A DNA stretch of 64,000 bases from Pseudomonadota bacterium (GTDB lineage: Bacteria > Pseudomonadota > Alphaproteobacteria > Rickettsiales > UBA1997): NCBI GenBank assembly GCA_040386195.1, contig JAZKFV010000003.1, forward strand, positions 2,029 through 66,028, in the 5' to 3' direction. This document shows, in pieces, positions 47,006 to 56,326 of this stretch. The notes beneath the pieces are model-generated. The model ran no database searches. It was not told the DNA's origin and worked only from the letters and a program-made list of their open reading frames with translations. Positions within the stretch are counted from its first letter, which is position 1. Each line of letters opens with the position of its first letter. Position numbers and translations under genes: made by a program.

Positions 47006-48589
47006 CTACTGCTGTGATGGATAGCACGATTTTGCTCTAAGTCTCTTTAGATATAAAATATCCTTTGTGAAAGGTACATTAAAATACGGTCTGTGATAGC
47101 CTTTGGCTGTTATAAGAAACGGTGGTTTATAATTTGATCCAATTTCAATAATGATGCAATCATGTTCCCTCATTATAAAATTGTTGTTCTCGTAGATTAT
47201 AGTTCCGCTTTTATCAGATATTAAAAATTTCTCGAAGAATGATTCTTCTTTTTCAATTTCAGCGAGAGCAATTTTTGAAACTGATTTCTGAATTAAATGT
47301 TGATAGGTATTTAATGATTCAGAAAAAACCGTCTCTCCAAAGTAACGCCATTTTTTATCTGAATAAAGATAGATATGAGGACAACTCCCACACTCCCAAA
47401 ATCTATCCACAATAAATAGATTATTATTATCAAACTCATGGATTTTAATTAGTTGTCCGATCGCGCTTCCCTCCACATGATATTCTAAATGCTTTACAGC
47501 ACTCATAGAACCAAATTGAAGCTCTTGCCCCAATTTAGGTCCTTTAGATACATAGTTTAAACTTTGATGATATATCCAATCATCTTTAACTGGAAAATCT
47601 GAAACAGGATTAGACTCAGAATCAAAGTTTTCATTTTCGATAAATGCAAACTGTGGAATTACAACTACCTGATCTTTTTCTAATTTCACTTTTGGCATTT
47701 CTTGCAACTTACCAGTTTCCTGAAGAGCCACATAAGAAAGTTCATAGGAAAAGTCATTTTTGGTAATTGAATCTCCATAAGATTGAAGCGTTACTAGCTT
47801 ATCAGATACATTCTTAATAATTAAAAAAGTAAAAGCGATTTGCTTCAAAATAAACGATTCTGATATTAAATTCGGACCATTTCCACAGAGTACCCAATCA
47901 TAAGATACATCTGCAACTTGCTCTAACTTAGCACCATTTTTAACAAGGTTAATTGCAATTGGATCATCAATATATTTTATATCGCTTTCTTCTATATCTC
48001 GAAATGGAGCAAAGTTGTATTTTTCCTTCTCGCTTAATTCTCTATTAGGAATTCCTTTTATATTAGGCCTCTTATCAAAAAGATTCTTTATAGTCTCAAA
48101 TTCATTTCCAGCACAGACAACAGATCGATTACCTTTATAAAGTTTTGATAGTCGTTCGAAAAACTTAAAGGTTTCGTTTTTATAAACGATCACATTTTTT
48201 TCTGGAATTCCTGTGTAGTTTCCATTCACTATTTCCGTTAAAATTTCCCAGTTTTTCGTTTTTAAATGTTTGATTAAAAGTTCTTGAGCTGATTGTGCTG
48301 GCGTTTTCACGCCGCGAGTTTTTACTTGTTCGTACCAATTTGTTCTCGCTTTCTTTAGTTCTCCTACAGAGTACTTAGTTCCTCTTGGATGTTTTGGGTT
48401 ATAATGCCCTGCATTAGCATGACAATCGAAGCAAAGCGGAATTGCATTTTCGAATGAGTCATCACCACCTTGTTCCTTTGGAATCAGATGGTGGATTTCA
48501 ATACCAACTCCACAATATCTTTGGCATACGCAGCAATGCCTAGCACTAGATACCAAAACTTCCTCTTTTACTTTTGATGAAAAAGACAT
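47006..48589 (-). CDS. HNH endonuclease domain protein with a ~430-aa uncharacterised C-terminal region
   Basis: 527 aa. CCVCQRYCGVGIEIHHLIPKEQGGDDSFENAIPLCFDCH is a ββα-Me HNH motif. The rest has no recognised motif. Confidence 0.7.
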   Translation of the reverse strand: MSFSSKVKEEVLVSSARHCCVCQRYCGVGIEIHHLIPKEQGGDDSFENAIPLCFDCHANAGHYNPKHPRGTKYSVGELKKARTNWYEQVKTRGVKTPAQSAQELLIKHLKTKNWEILTEIVNGNYTGIPEKNVIVYKNETFKFFERLSKLYKGNRSVVCAGNEFETIKNLFDKRPNIKGIPNRELSEKEKYNFAPFRDIEESDIKYIDDPIAINLVKNGAKLEQVADVSYDWVLCGNGPNLISESFILKQIAFTFLIIKNVSDKLVTLQSYGDSITKNDFSYELSYVALQETGKLQEMPKVKLEKDQVVVIPQFAFIENENFDSESNPVSDFPVKDDWIYHQSLNYVSKGPKLGQELQFGSMSAVKHLEYHVEGSAIGQLIKIHEFDNNNLFIVDRFWECGSCPHIYLYSDKKWRYFGETVFSESLNTYQHLIQKSVSKIALAEIEKEESFFEKFLISDKSGTIIYENNNFIMREHDCIIIEIGSNYKPPFLITAKGYHRPYFNVPFTKDILYLKRLRAKSCYPSQQ

Positions 48590-48662
48590 TATTTTTTCTA
48601 TAAATTTTATATGAATTACTGCATAATTCTACCTTAATTAAATCGTTTGTGAAGTATTTGTA

Positions 48663-49358
48663 ATGGCATCAAAAAAATTTTTAAACAAAACATGCGTTTA
48701 TTGCAGAGTTCCTAGCTCTTCATCAACTAGAGATCACGTTTTTGCCGAATCATTTTTTGAAGGGGTGGTGAAACCAAGCAAATTACCTCAAGCTCCAGCA
48801 TGTAGCATATGCAATACTACCAAATCTAATTTAGAAACATATCTAGCAGCTGTTCTTCTCTTCGGATCAAGGCTTAAGAATTCAAAAAAAATCCTTTCTG
48901 AATCAGCTATAAAAAGATTAAGAAAAAATCATAAATTGCATAAAGAATTGGTTGTCGGCTCAACTACCAAATGGAAATTGAATCCGGCGAATGGATTAAT
49001 TTTGCCAGCCATAGAACATATTCCTTTCGATAATGAGAAATTTACCAAATGGCTGATTTATATTGTTCAGGGATTATCTTTCTGTTATTTTAAAACAATT
49101 CTTTTTGACAATGATGGTATTGGTATCAATATGTTACGAGCAATTGATAATCGTTGCTTGATATACGATGAAATTTTTAAACGATGTCCGATAGTTGAAG
49201 AAAATTTATCAGAAGTTTTTTGCTTTAGAGGGGTAGTAGCAGAAAATATAATAGTATGGGAATTGAAAATTCTTGGAGGATTAACTTTTGATGAAAGTAA
49301 TAAAGCTCCTGATAGAATTTTTGGAGTTGTAACAAAAAACCAGTTACAAAAATCTTAG
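48663..49358 (+). CDS. HNH-like (CxxC...DH...CxxCN) protein
   Basis: 231 aa. CVYCRVPSSSSTRDHVFAESFF....APACSICNTTKSN. Divergent from the 527-aa HNH gene, with a 73-bp spacer. Confidence 0.55.
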   Translation: MASKKFLNKTCVYCRVPSSSSTRDHVFAESFFEGVVKPSKLPQAPACSICNTTKSNLETYLAAVLLFGSRLKNSKKILSESAIKRLRKNHKLHKELVVGSTTKWKLNPANGLILPAIEHIPFDNEKFTKWLIYIVQGLSFCYFKTILFDNDGIGINMLRAIDNRCLIYDEIFKRCPIVEENLSEVFCFRGVVAENIIVWELKILGGLTFDESNKAPDRIFGVVTKNQLQKS

Positions 49359-49441
49359 AGGGCACAAATGGGGGCATATAAGATTTTTCTAAAACTCTAA
49401 GTCATTTATTTATAAGCCTTTAAAGCCCACAATATGTACGT

Positions 49442-49496
49442 CGTCACTCCGCCACCCAATCATTTTAAGAAGTCCAAAAACATCCAATTAGACCTT
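49442..49496 (+). repeat. attR: direct repeat of the tRNA-Asp 3' end plus flank
   Basis: cgtcactccgccacccaatcattttaagaagtccaaaaacatccaattagacctt matches 30105..30160 apart from one missing C. Confidence 0.9.
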
Positions 49497-49546
49497 AAAA
49501 GTAAATTCCTCATCCATATTAAGATTTATTTATTTTTCCGCGCGGT

Positions 49547-50149
49547 TTATAAGTTCCGAATAACTTGTTCAACCTTCCCCACAATAAAAACTTGATCCTC
49601 CGCGGAAAGTAGAATTGTTGGATGTTTTTTATTGAAAGATTTAAGCAAAACATTTCCATAAAGATCTTTAAAATATTCCTTAATAACCGCCACTCCATTG
49701 ATTGAGCAAACCACCATATCACTATTAAAAAATTCCTGCTTTTTCTGCGCGATCACCAAATCTCCTTCATAAATATTGGGTTCCATAGAATCACCTTTAG
49801 CTTTGATCATAAATGCATTCTCAGTTTTAAATTTTATTAATTGCGACGGCATAGGAATGCGATCTTGCGGCTCGCCATCAATAAAACAGCCTTCCGCCCC
49901 GCATCTGGCTTCACCATAAAAATTAATATAGCTAATCGGCTTTTCCGGAATAGTTAAAACTTGATAATCAGATTGGTTGTATTCATTTCGTTTTAAATAA
50001 CCTTTTTTCTCAAGCTGTTTTAAATGATGCAAAACTAAATTATTCGAGGAAGCATTAACTTCCCGAACCATCTGCGCCAAGGAAAGTGGATTGTTCTGAT
50101 TTTTTTCTAATATTGAAAGTAACTGTTCTTGTTTTGGATGAAGTTTCAT
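49547..50149 (-). CDS. LexA/CI-like repressor (wHTH + S24 peptidase)
   Basis: 200 aa. N-terminal LexA-type wHTH (LVLHHLKQLEKKGYLKRN). C-terminal KAKGDSMEPNIYEGDLVIAQK with a downstream Lys. Confidence 0.75.
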   Translation of the reverse strand: MKLHPKQEQLLSILEKNQNNPLSLAQMVREVNASSNNLVLHHLKQLEKKGYLKRNEYNQSDYQVLTIPEKPISYINFYGEARCGAEGCFIDGEPQDRIPMPSQLIKFKTENAFMIKAKGDSMEPNIYEGDLVIAQKKQEFFNSDMVVCSINGVAVIKEYFKDLYGNVLLKSFNKKHPTILLSAEDQVFIVGKVEQVIRNL

Positions 50150-50219
50150 TGATTTGAATAATAGTTTTGGTTTTCTTTTTGGTTTTAATCTTTGGAAAAC
50201 TTATATCAAATAAATTTGT

Positions 50220-50238
50220 AGTCAACAAATCGTTGACT
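50220..50238. promoter_or_regulatory. Candidate operator palindrome between the S24 repressor and the RhuM gene
   Basis: agtcaac-aaatc-gttgact is a perfect 7-bp inverted repeat in the 173-bp divergent intergenic region. Confidence 0.35.
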
Positions 50239-50322
50239 TATTTTTATGGAATAATAGCATAAATTTTGATTCAAATAAATTAGAATTTTAACCACCTTAT
50301 CAAAAACCAAAATCAAATCACA

Positions 50323-51345
50323 ATGAGCATTCAATTAGAAAAAACCGAGTTCTTATTATACAAATCAGATAACGGCGAGATTAAAATTGATGTCTTTTTG
50401 AAAGATGAAAATATCTGGCTGACGCAAAAGAAAATGGCGGAGCTTTTTGATACTTCTTCCGATAACATTAGCCTACATTTAAAAAATATTTATGCCGATA
50501 GAGAATTAGAAGAAAAATCAACTACCGAGGATTTCTCGGTAGTTCAAAATGAAGGTTCTCGTTCAGTAAAAAGATTAATTAAATTCTATAATCTAGACAC
50601 CATTATTGCCGTCGGTTATCGGGTTAATTCTAAAAGAGCCACGCAGTTTCGCATTTGGGCAACTAAGGTTTTAAAAGAGTTCATCATCAAAGGCTATGTG
50701 ATGGATGTTGAAAGACTAAAAAACCCTCACCCAGAATTTGGCAAAGATTATTTTGATGAACAGCTAGAAAAGATCCGCGATATTCGCTCAAGTGAACGCA
50801 GATTTTATCAAAAGATCACTGATATTTATTCACAGTGCAGCATCGATTACGACAAAGATTCACCAATCACCCAAGATTTCTTCGCCACCGTTCAAAATAA
50901 ACTTCACTTTAGCATCACCGGGCAAACCGCGGCAGAAATTATAAGTTCACGAGCTAATCATAAAAAGAAATATATGGGGCTTACCAATTGGAAAAATTCA
51001 CCAAATGGAGAGGTTAGAAAATCAGACGTTACAATTGCCAAAAATTATTTAAATGAAAAAGAATTAAAATCCCTAAATCGCATCGTTTCAATGTATCTAG
51101 ACTACGCCGAAGAGCAAGCTGAAAACAAAACCGCAATGACAATGAAAAATTGGGTTAAAAAACTTGATGCTTTTTTACAATTTAACGAAAAAGAAATTTT
51201 GCAAGATAACGGCAAAATATCAGCCCAGATTGCTAAATCTCTAGCGGAAGAGGAATTTGAGAAGTTTAGAACAATTCAAGATCAGAAATTTGAAAGTGAT
51301 TTTGATAGAAGGATTAAGAAGTTATTGGTGAAAGATAAAAAATAA
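50323..51345 (+). CDS. RhuM-family protein
   Basis: 340 aa. FLLYKSDNGEIKIDVFLKDENIWLTQKKMAELF......ISLHLKNIY...VKFYNLDTIIAVGYRVNSKRATQFRIWATKVLKEFIIKGY is the RhuM family signature. Confidence 0.75.
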   Translation: MSIQLEKTEFLLYKSDNGEIKIDVFLKDENIWLTQKKMAELFDTSSDNISLHLKNIYADRELEEKSTTEDFSVVQNEGSRSVKRLIKFYNLDTIIAVGYRVNSKRATQFRIWATKVLKEFIIKGYVMDVERLKNPHPEFGKDYFDEQLEKIRDIRSSERRFYQKITDIYSQCSIDYDKDSPITQDFFATVQNKLHFSITGQTAAEIISSRANHKKKYMGLTNWKNSPNGEVRKSDVTIAKNYLNEKELKSLNRIVSMYLDYAEEQAENKTAMTMKNWVKKLDAFLQFNEKEILQDNGKISAQIAKSLAEEEFEKFRTIQDQKFESDFDRRIKKLLVKDKK

Positions 51346-51386
51346 AATATGCATAAGAAAACTACACAACCCCAAAAAATAACCCT

Positions 51387-52052
51387 ATGAAATTTACAAA
51401 ATACTTCTCGTCATTTTTAATTATTATTTCCCTGTTTTTAAATTCATGCACCGTCACTTCTAATCTTTGGAAAAACAAGATTGAGCAGGACACAATAAAC
51501 CAATTTTTAATAAGCGAAGATGGAAAAGTTGCTTTTATTGGACAAAAATATCACTACATTTTTGACGATCAATCTGGCTTCGTAACGAATTTATTAGCGT
51601 GGAACAAAAAACCGAAGCTAGAAGTTACTATAAGCAAACTCAAGGTTAGCACCTCAAACGAAATTAGTGGAAATTTTATAATCAGCGTTAAAGCAGTTGA
51701 AGGTTCTCCTGATCACAAAAACATAACAATGCTAACCCAAAATGAATTGAGCTTTTTGAAAAATCTTGGCTTTCAAAGCCGTCAAAATGGTAACGATGTT
51801 TTGATGACAAAACAAATCACCCTAAAAGGAACTATCTATCTTCCCGACCCAAATGTTGATTACAAACTCAAGTCAAAACTCAGTAAAGATTATAAAGTGA
51901 CAGTTGAATTTGAGTCAAATTTAGGACAACGCGCTGGAAAAATTGCCATAACTCCAATTACCGTAACAGCCGATGCTATTTTTATTGGTGGAGTAGCGGT
52001 TCTTGTGGTTTTCTTTGCTGTTCTTTGGAATGTTGTGATGATAATTGAATAA
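51387..52052 (+). CDS. Hypothetical lipoprotein with a C-terminal TM anchor
   Basis: 221 aa. Signal peptide plus lipobox (LFLNSC) and a C-terminal hydrophobic helix. Confidence 0.45.
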   Translation: MKFTKYFSSFLIIISLFLNSCTVTSNLWKNKIEQDTINQFLISEDGKVAFIGQKYHYIFDDQSGFVTNLLAWNKKPKLEVTISKLKVSTSNEISGNFIISVKAVEGSPDHKNITMLTQNELSFLKNLGFQSRQNGNDVLMTKQITLKGTIYLPDPNVDYKLKSKLSKDYKVTVEFESNLGQRAGKIAITPITVTADAIFIGGVAVLVVFFAVLWNVVMIIE

Positions 52053-52055
52053 GGT

Positions 52056-52253
52056 TCAAGACAACTTAAGCGGTCTTTTTTTAATAACATTCAGCAATAA
52101 TTTATACAAATCTTGCTTACGATAATTGTATCTAAACTCACACTCTTTCAAATGCAGATAAAAAGTGCCTTTATGTATTCCTCTAAATCTAACCAATTTA
52201 ACTTTGCAGAGTCCCCAGAAGTTCTCAAAAGCAAATCTGGGACAGTATGCCAA
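52056..52253 (-). pseudogene. IS1595-family transposase C-terminal remnant
   Basis: ENFWGLCKVKLVRFRGIHKGTFYLHLKECEFRYNYRKQDLYKLLL matches the conserved C-terminus of ISXO2-like/IS1595 transposases. Only 65 codons remain. Confidence 0.65.
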
Positions 52254-52407
52254 TTAGTCTTCAAACTTTGATATAATTTAATTTATATAGCGTCCCTAGA
52301 TTTTCTATCTATTTTTTAAGAGGGTTGAACCGACCACATTTTTTAAAATCTTTTCCTTTCTAAATTGGATTGGTTCAGACTGTTATTAGCGTATTCTACC
52401 AAACTCA

Positions 52408-53634
52408 CTAAACCCAACTAACCGGAATAGCATCCAAATTCTTAGATAACGGAAGGACGGAATCGACAAAACAAATAACACCTCCATGCCCAATATCCAC
52501 TTGTAATTTTTCCAAAACCGCAAGGTTGGGTAATTTTAAATTTTGAATTGAAGCAGTCTTTTTAATCTCAATTGGATATAATTTATTATTAGACTCAATT
52601 AATAAATCGATCTCGTTTTTTTCTTTATCCCGATAAAAATAAATATGAGGATTATGACCCTGATGAATATAAGACTTAACTATTTCTGAAACGACATAAG
52701 TTTCTAGAATCGCACCAGACATCGCACCTCTTTCCAGCACATCAGAATTAAGCCACCCGGCCAGATAAGAACAAAGACCAGTATCCATAAAATAAAGTTT
52801 TGGAGTTTGAATTAATCGTTTGGTTTTGTTATTAAAATAAGGCTGCAATAGATAAATAATTCCAGAAGCATGAAGTGCCGATAGCCATGTTTTAATTGTT
52901 GGTTCACTTATTCCTCCACCCACATCACGCGCCATATCAGAATAGTTTACAAGTTGGCCAGTGCGAACTGCGGCAATTTGCATAAATTTAAAGAAAGATA
53001 TTTGACTGGAAATTTTTAGATATTCTCTGATATCGCGCTGGATATAAGTTGTGACGTAAGAGTCGTAAAATTGTTCCCAATTTTTTCCATCATTACTAAC
53101 AATATCTGGAAATGAACCACGCCAAATTTTGTGATAAACTTTTGGCAAGGTTAAATAAACTGCATTTTTTTGGCGTAATTTAATAGTTTTTAAGTCTGGT
53201 AAAAAAGGCTTACTATTCAAGCGTCCTTGTTCTTCCGCCAAAGAGATTCCTTGCAGTTTCAAAATTCCCACCCGACCCGCCAAAGATTCATTAACATTTT
53301 TCATCATATCAAATTGCTGTGAACCAGTAAGCCAAAAAAGTCCACGTTCTTTTCTTGCATCGACAGTCATTTTTATATAAGAAAAGAGCTCTGGCGCATA
53401 TTGCACTTCGTCAATTAGAACTGGCAATTTCAAACGTTGAATAAATCCAGCAGGATCTGATATAGCAATTGATCGCATACTTAAATCATCAAGCGTAACA
53501 TAAGAACGACTCCCTTTTTGCGCTTCCTTCAATAAAGTAGTTTTACCAACTTGCCTAGGACCAGTTAATAACAACACCCGAAAGTCTTCACTAGTCTTTT
53601 TTATTATTGATTTTAAAGTGCGAGGAATATGCAT
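52408..53634 (-). CDS. AAA+ ATPase with a DUF4143 domain
   Basis: 408 aa. LLLTGPRQVGKTTL Walker A, IDEVQ Walker B, then a DUF4143-like region (LYFMDTGL...YFYRDKEKNEIDLL). Confidence 0.75.
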   Translation of the reverse strand: MHIPRTLKSIIKKTSEDFRVLLLTGPRQVGKTTLLKEAQKGSRSYVTLDDLSMRSIAISDPAGFIQRLKLPVLIDEVQYAPELFSYIKMTVDARKERGLFWLTGSQQFDMMKNVNESLAGRVGILKLQGISLAEEQGRLNSKPFLPDLKTIKLRQKNAVYLTLPKVYHKIWRGSFPDIVSNDGKNWEQFYDSYVTTYIQRDIREYLKISSQISFFKFMQIAAVRTGQLVNYSDMARDVGGGISEPTIKTWLSALHASGIIYLLQPYFNNKTKRLIQTPKLYFMDTGLCSYLAGWLNSDVLERGAMSGAILETYVVSEIVKSYIHQGHNPHIYFYRDKEKNEIDLLIESNNKLYPIEIKKTASIQNLKLPNLAVLEKLQVDIGHGGVICFVDSVLPLSKNLDAIPVSWV

Positions 53635-53846
53635 AAATAATTAAATTAATTTCTGACTAATCTAAAATTAAACTTTACTTAAGTCAAAGTTATATAAAAT
53701 GCAATATTTATTATACCATTTCCCACTTCTAATTACTTAGAACCTGACATAAGTTTTTTTTAAAAACTAAGTTATGAAAAATTCTCAATCTTGGGTAAAG
53801 CAATGATAAAAATTAACACTCATTTGTTTTGTGTGCTGAGACAAGA

Positions 53847-54743
53847 TCAATAAACACAGATAACCCTCACAATCATATTATCGTTCTGCAATTCCTTGTT
53901 AAGATTTTCATAGTTTTCTAAATCAACCTGAATTCTTTTAACATTATTTTCATTTTGAACAATTTGATAATTATCGATTATGTGTTTGTTAGTTTGTGAA
54001 TCTGAACTATAAGCCCTGCCTCGGCGAAGAGATCCGGCAATACTTACTCCCACTAATACACCATCCTGATTAAAAACGGGTCCTCCACTTATTCCCGACA
54101 AAATTTCATTGGATTGCTTCTCTACTGACCACACCAAAATATTCTCATCAACCTTGTATCCCTTTGAATTCATCATTCTAGTCTGACCTAAAAAATGTGA
54201 ATAAGCCTGACCCAACTTTTCTCCCGGAAATCCAAAGTGAAATCCATTCTGATTACTACTTACATCAACATTATTAACCGAGAAAAAATTGAGCGATAAA
54301 GGCTTTTGAACATAAAGCAAAGCAACATCAGTGCCTTCCTGAATTTCGGTTTTTACGATAGGAATTGAATTATTTTTTGAATCAACAACATAACTCCTGC
54401 GACAACCATTTATAACATGCCTTGCTGATAATAAGATTTTTTTATCAATAACGAATGCCGTGCCCAAAGTTGCACTTCCTCTCGGATGAGTAGTATCAAA
54501 ATCAACATATGTGTTTTCTATAGAAGGATGGTGCCGATATCTTTTTTCTATCCCCAATTCCTGATTTTTTGACCCGTTTTGATTATTTTCTTGATAGGGT
54601 ATTTTAGTTTTACTGCAGTTGCCTCGATAACAATTTTGAGAAAAATTTTTACGAATGTTTATTTTCCCAGATTTTATATCATACACCAAAACAACGCCAA
54701 TCAAAGCTACAGCAAACAATACATCTCTAAGGCCACTATTCAT
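53847..54743 (-). CDS. Membrane-anchored trypsin-like (S1) serine protease
   Basis: 298 aa. N-terminal TM helix, with His (LLSARHV), Asp (GTDVALLYV) and Ser (GISGGPVF) catalytic contexts. Confidence 0.75.
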   Translation of the reverse strand: MNSGLRDVLFAVALIGVVLVYDIKSGKINIRKNFSQNCYRGNCSKTKIPYQENNQNGSKNQELGIEKRYRHHPSIENTYVDFDTTHPRGSATLGTAFVIDKKILLSARHVINGCRRSYVVDSKNNSIPIVKTEIQEGTDVALLYVQKPLSLNFFSVNNVDVSSNQNGFHFGFPGEKLGQAYSHFLGQTRMMNSKGYKVDENILVWSVEKQSNEILSGISGGPVFNQDGVLVGVSIAGSLRRGRAYSSDSQTNKHIIDNYQIVQNENNVKRIQVDLENYENLNKELQNDNMIVRVICVY

Positions 54744-54746
54744 AAT

Positions 54747-55160
54747 TTAACCAACAATAGTTGCAGACAATATAATTGCGGACGAGATTTTGCTCATACT
54801 ATATAACAAAGTCGCGGCAATATTATCTTCCTGAACTTTTTGGGAAATATCTTTCAAAATTTTATCCATTAAAAAAAACATCAAGATCTGCACTATAAGA
54901 GAAACAAAGCCCCAAATTATTAAATCATAAATATTGACACTGCTCGCCAAACAAAAAGCAATTGGCAAAGTTATTCCAATTATTGTCGCCGAAAGAGAAA
55001 TTGAGGCTGATATATTACGTTTCTTAATCAGCTCTAGCTCATCATAAGGAGTTATTCTGCTATATACCCAAACCCCCAAAAAAACTATTGCCAATGCGGT
55101 AAGTAAAAATGACAGAAAATAGGGAATTCCTGATATTAAAGTTATCAATATAAGTTTCAT
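54747..55160 (-). CDS. DUF350 family membrane protein
   Basis: 137 aa, 4 TM helices, ITPYDELELIKKRNISASISL motif. Ends 3 nt before the protease gene. Confidence 0.7.
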   Translation of the reverse strand: MKLILITLISGIPYFLSFLLTALAIVFLGVWVYSRITPYDELELIKKRNISASISLSATIIGITLPIAFCLASSVNIYDLIIWGFVSLIVQILMFFLMDKILKDISQKVQEDNIAATLLYSMSKISSAIILSATIVG

Positions 55161-55322
55161 TTGATCTCCAAAAATTAGTTCAAAACATTAATAGACGATA
55201 GTTCTGTAATCATACACAAGATTATTTCCAATGCTGATCGATATATAATCTTTAAACTAGGCATAATTTCAACTACATACTAAACCAAGGCCATTTTTGA
55301 TACCACTGCACAAGTCCAAACT

Positions 55323-55440
55323 GGATTGCCACGTCGCTAAAGCTCCTCGCAATGACGGTGTAAAGTTTTAACATAAATTCACCAACACCGTCATTGCGAG
55401 GAGCGTGCGCAGCCAGCTTTGCTGCAATCCAGCGAAGCCT
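55323..55440. repeat. Palindromic repeat element (family B)
   Basis: The arm ctcctcgcaatgacggtg pairs with caccgtcattgcgaggag. The outer arms ggattgc/gcaatcc and gctaaagct/agctttgc also pair. Confidence 0.85.
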
Positions 55441-55545
55441 GAGTTTATCTCACCAACTTATATTAATTTCAAAAATCTGTCATTGCTTATCTGGACTACT
55501 ACATAGATGAATTAAATATCTTAACCCAAGACATTCCAATTCACC

Positions 55546-55782
55546 CTACCCCAAAACCCTCTTATTAAAAATCTCCCGAACATTTTTAATATTACGCTCC
55601 ACCTCTTCAATCTGCCCAAGAATATTAGCAATTTGCTGGGCAGAAAAATATTTAGGGATTTGGTTAAAATATTTTAAATCATCCAATAACGAATTGGCCG
55701 ATTTTCTGATTAAATGAAAGCCGATGATTATTTCGTTTTCTAGATTGGGGTTTAGGTTTTTTTCGGGCATGGGTTTGTTCAT
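55546..55782 (-). CDS. Small conserved hypothetical protein (copy 2)
   Basis: 78 aa (or 74 from MPEKNL at 55770). Paralogue of 46249..46473. Confidence 0.6.
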   Translation of the reverse strand: MNKPMPEKNLNPNLENEIIIGFHLIRKSANSLLDDLKYFNQIPKYFSAQQIANILGQIEEVERNIKNVREIFNKRVLG

Positions 55783-55999
55783 TTAGTTGTATAGTTATTG
55801 AAAGCATTATACTAAATATTGCTTTTTAGCATTACGAACAGATAATAAATTTGGTTCTAACAGCTAGTTACAAGCAAAAAACACGGTTGCGCTGTCTCTT
55901 AGCTATCCTTAATTATAAGTTAGTTATACTAATGCAAACAATAGATAATATATCTAAAGTAGTAGTATAACTATTATTAGTCAATAGAAAATAATAGTT

Positions 56000-56239
56000 A
56001 TGATAAATAAAGTAATAATCACCAACAAACAATGCCGCGCGGCAAGAGAATTGTTGGAATGGAAACAAAACGACCTCGCAGAAAAATCAAAAATATCATC
56101 TGGCACAATTGCAGATTTTGAAAGAGGAGTTAGAGAATTGAGAGTTTCAACTTTGGAAAAGTTGATAGCTACTTTTGAAAAAGCTGGGATTAGGTTTGAG
56201 AATAATAGTGTGAAATATAGTGTTGAGCTTTTGAAGTGA
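56000..56239 (+). CDS. XRE-family HTH protein (partner of small protein copy 2)
   Basis: 79 aa. QCRAARELLEWKQNDLAEKSKISSGTIADFERG is an HTH motif. Its C-terminus (FEKAGIRFEN) parallels FEDSGIKFID in 46620..46877. Confidence 0.7.
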   Translation: MINKVIITNKQCRAARELLEWKQNDLAEKSKISSGTIADFERGVRELRVSTLEKLIATFEKAGIRFENNSVKYSVELLK

Positions 56240-56326
56240 TTGGATTTGTAGCTAGCGAAGGTTACCCAAACCCTTTTCTTTTTTTATAACAAACAACTAA
56301 ATAAATTCTTATAGCTGGTCAACAAT

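Larger units (their letters stand above)
30105..49496 (+). mobile_element. ~19.4 kb tRNA-Asp-integrated genomic island (integrative mobilizable element with defence cargo)
   Basis: Bounded by 55/56-bp direct repeats. A tyrosine integrase sits next to the tRNA. MobF relaxase and MobC are present, but no T4SS or coupling-protein genes. Confidence 0.85.
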
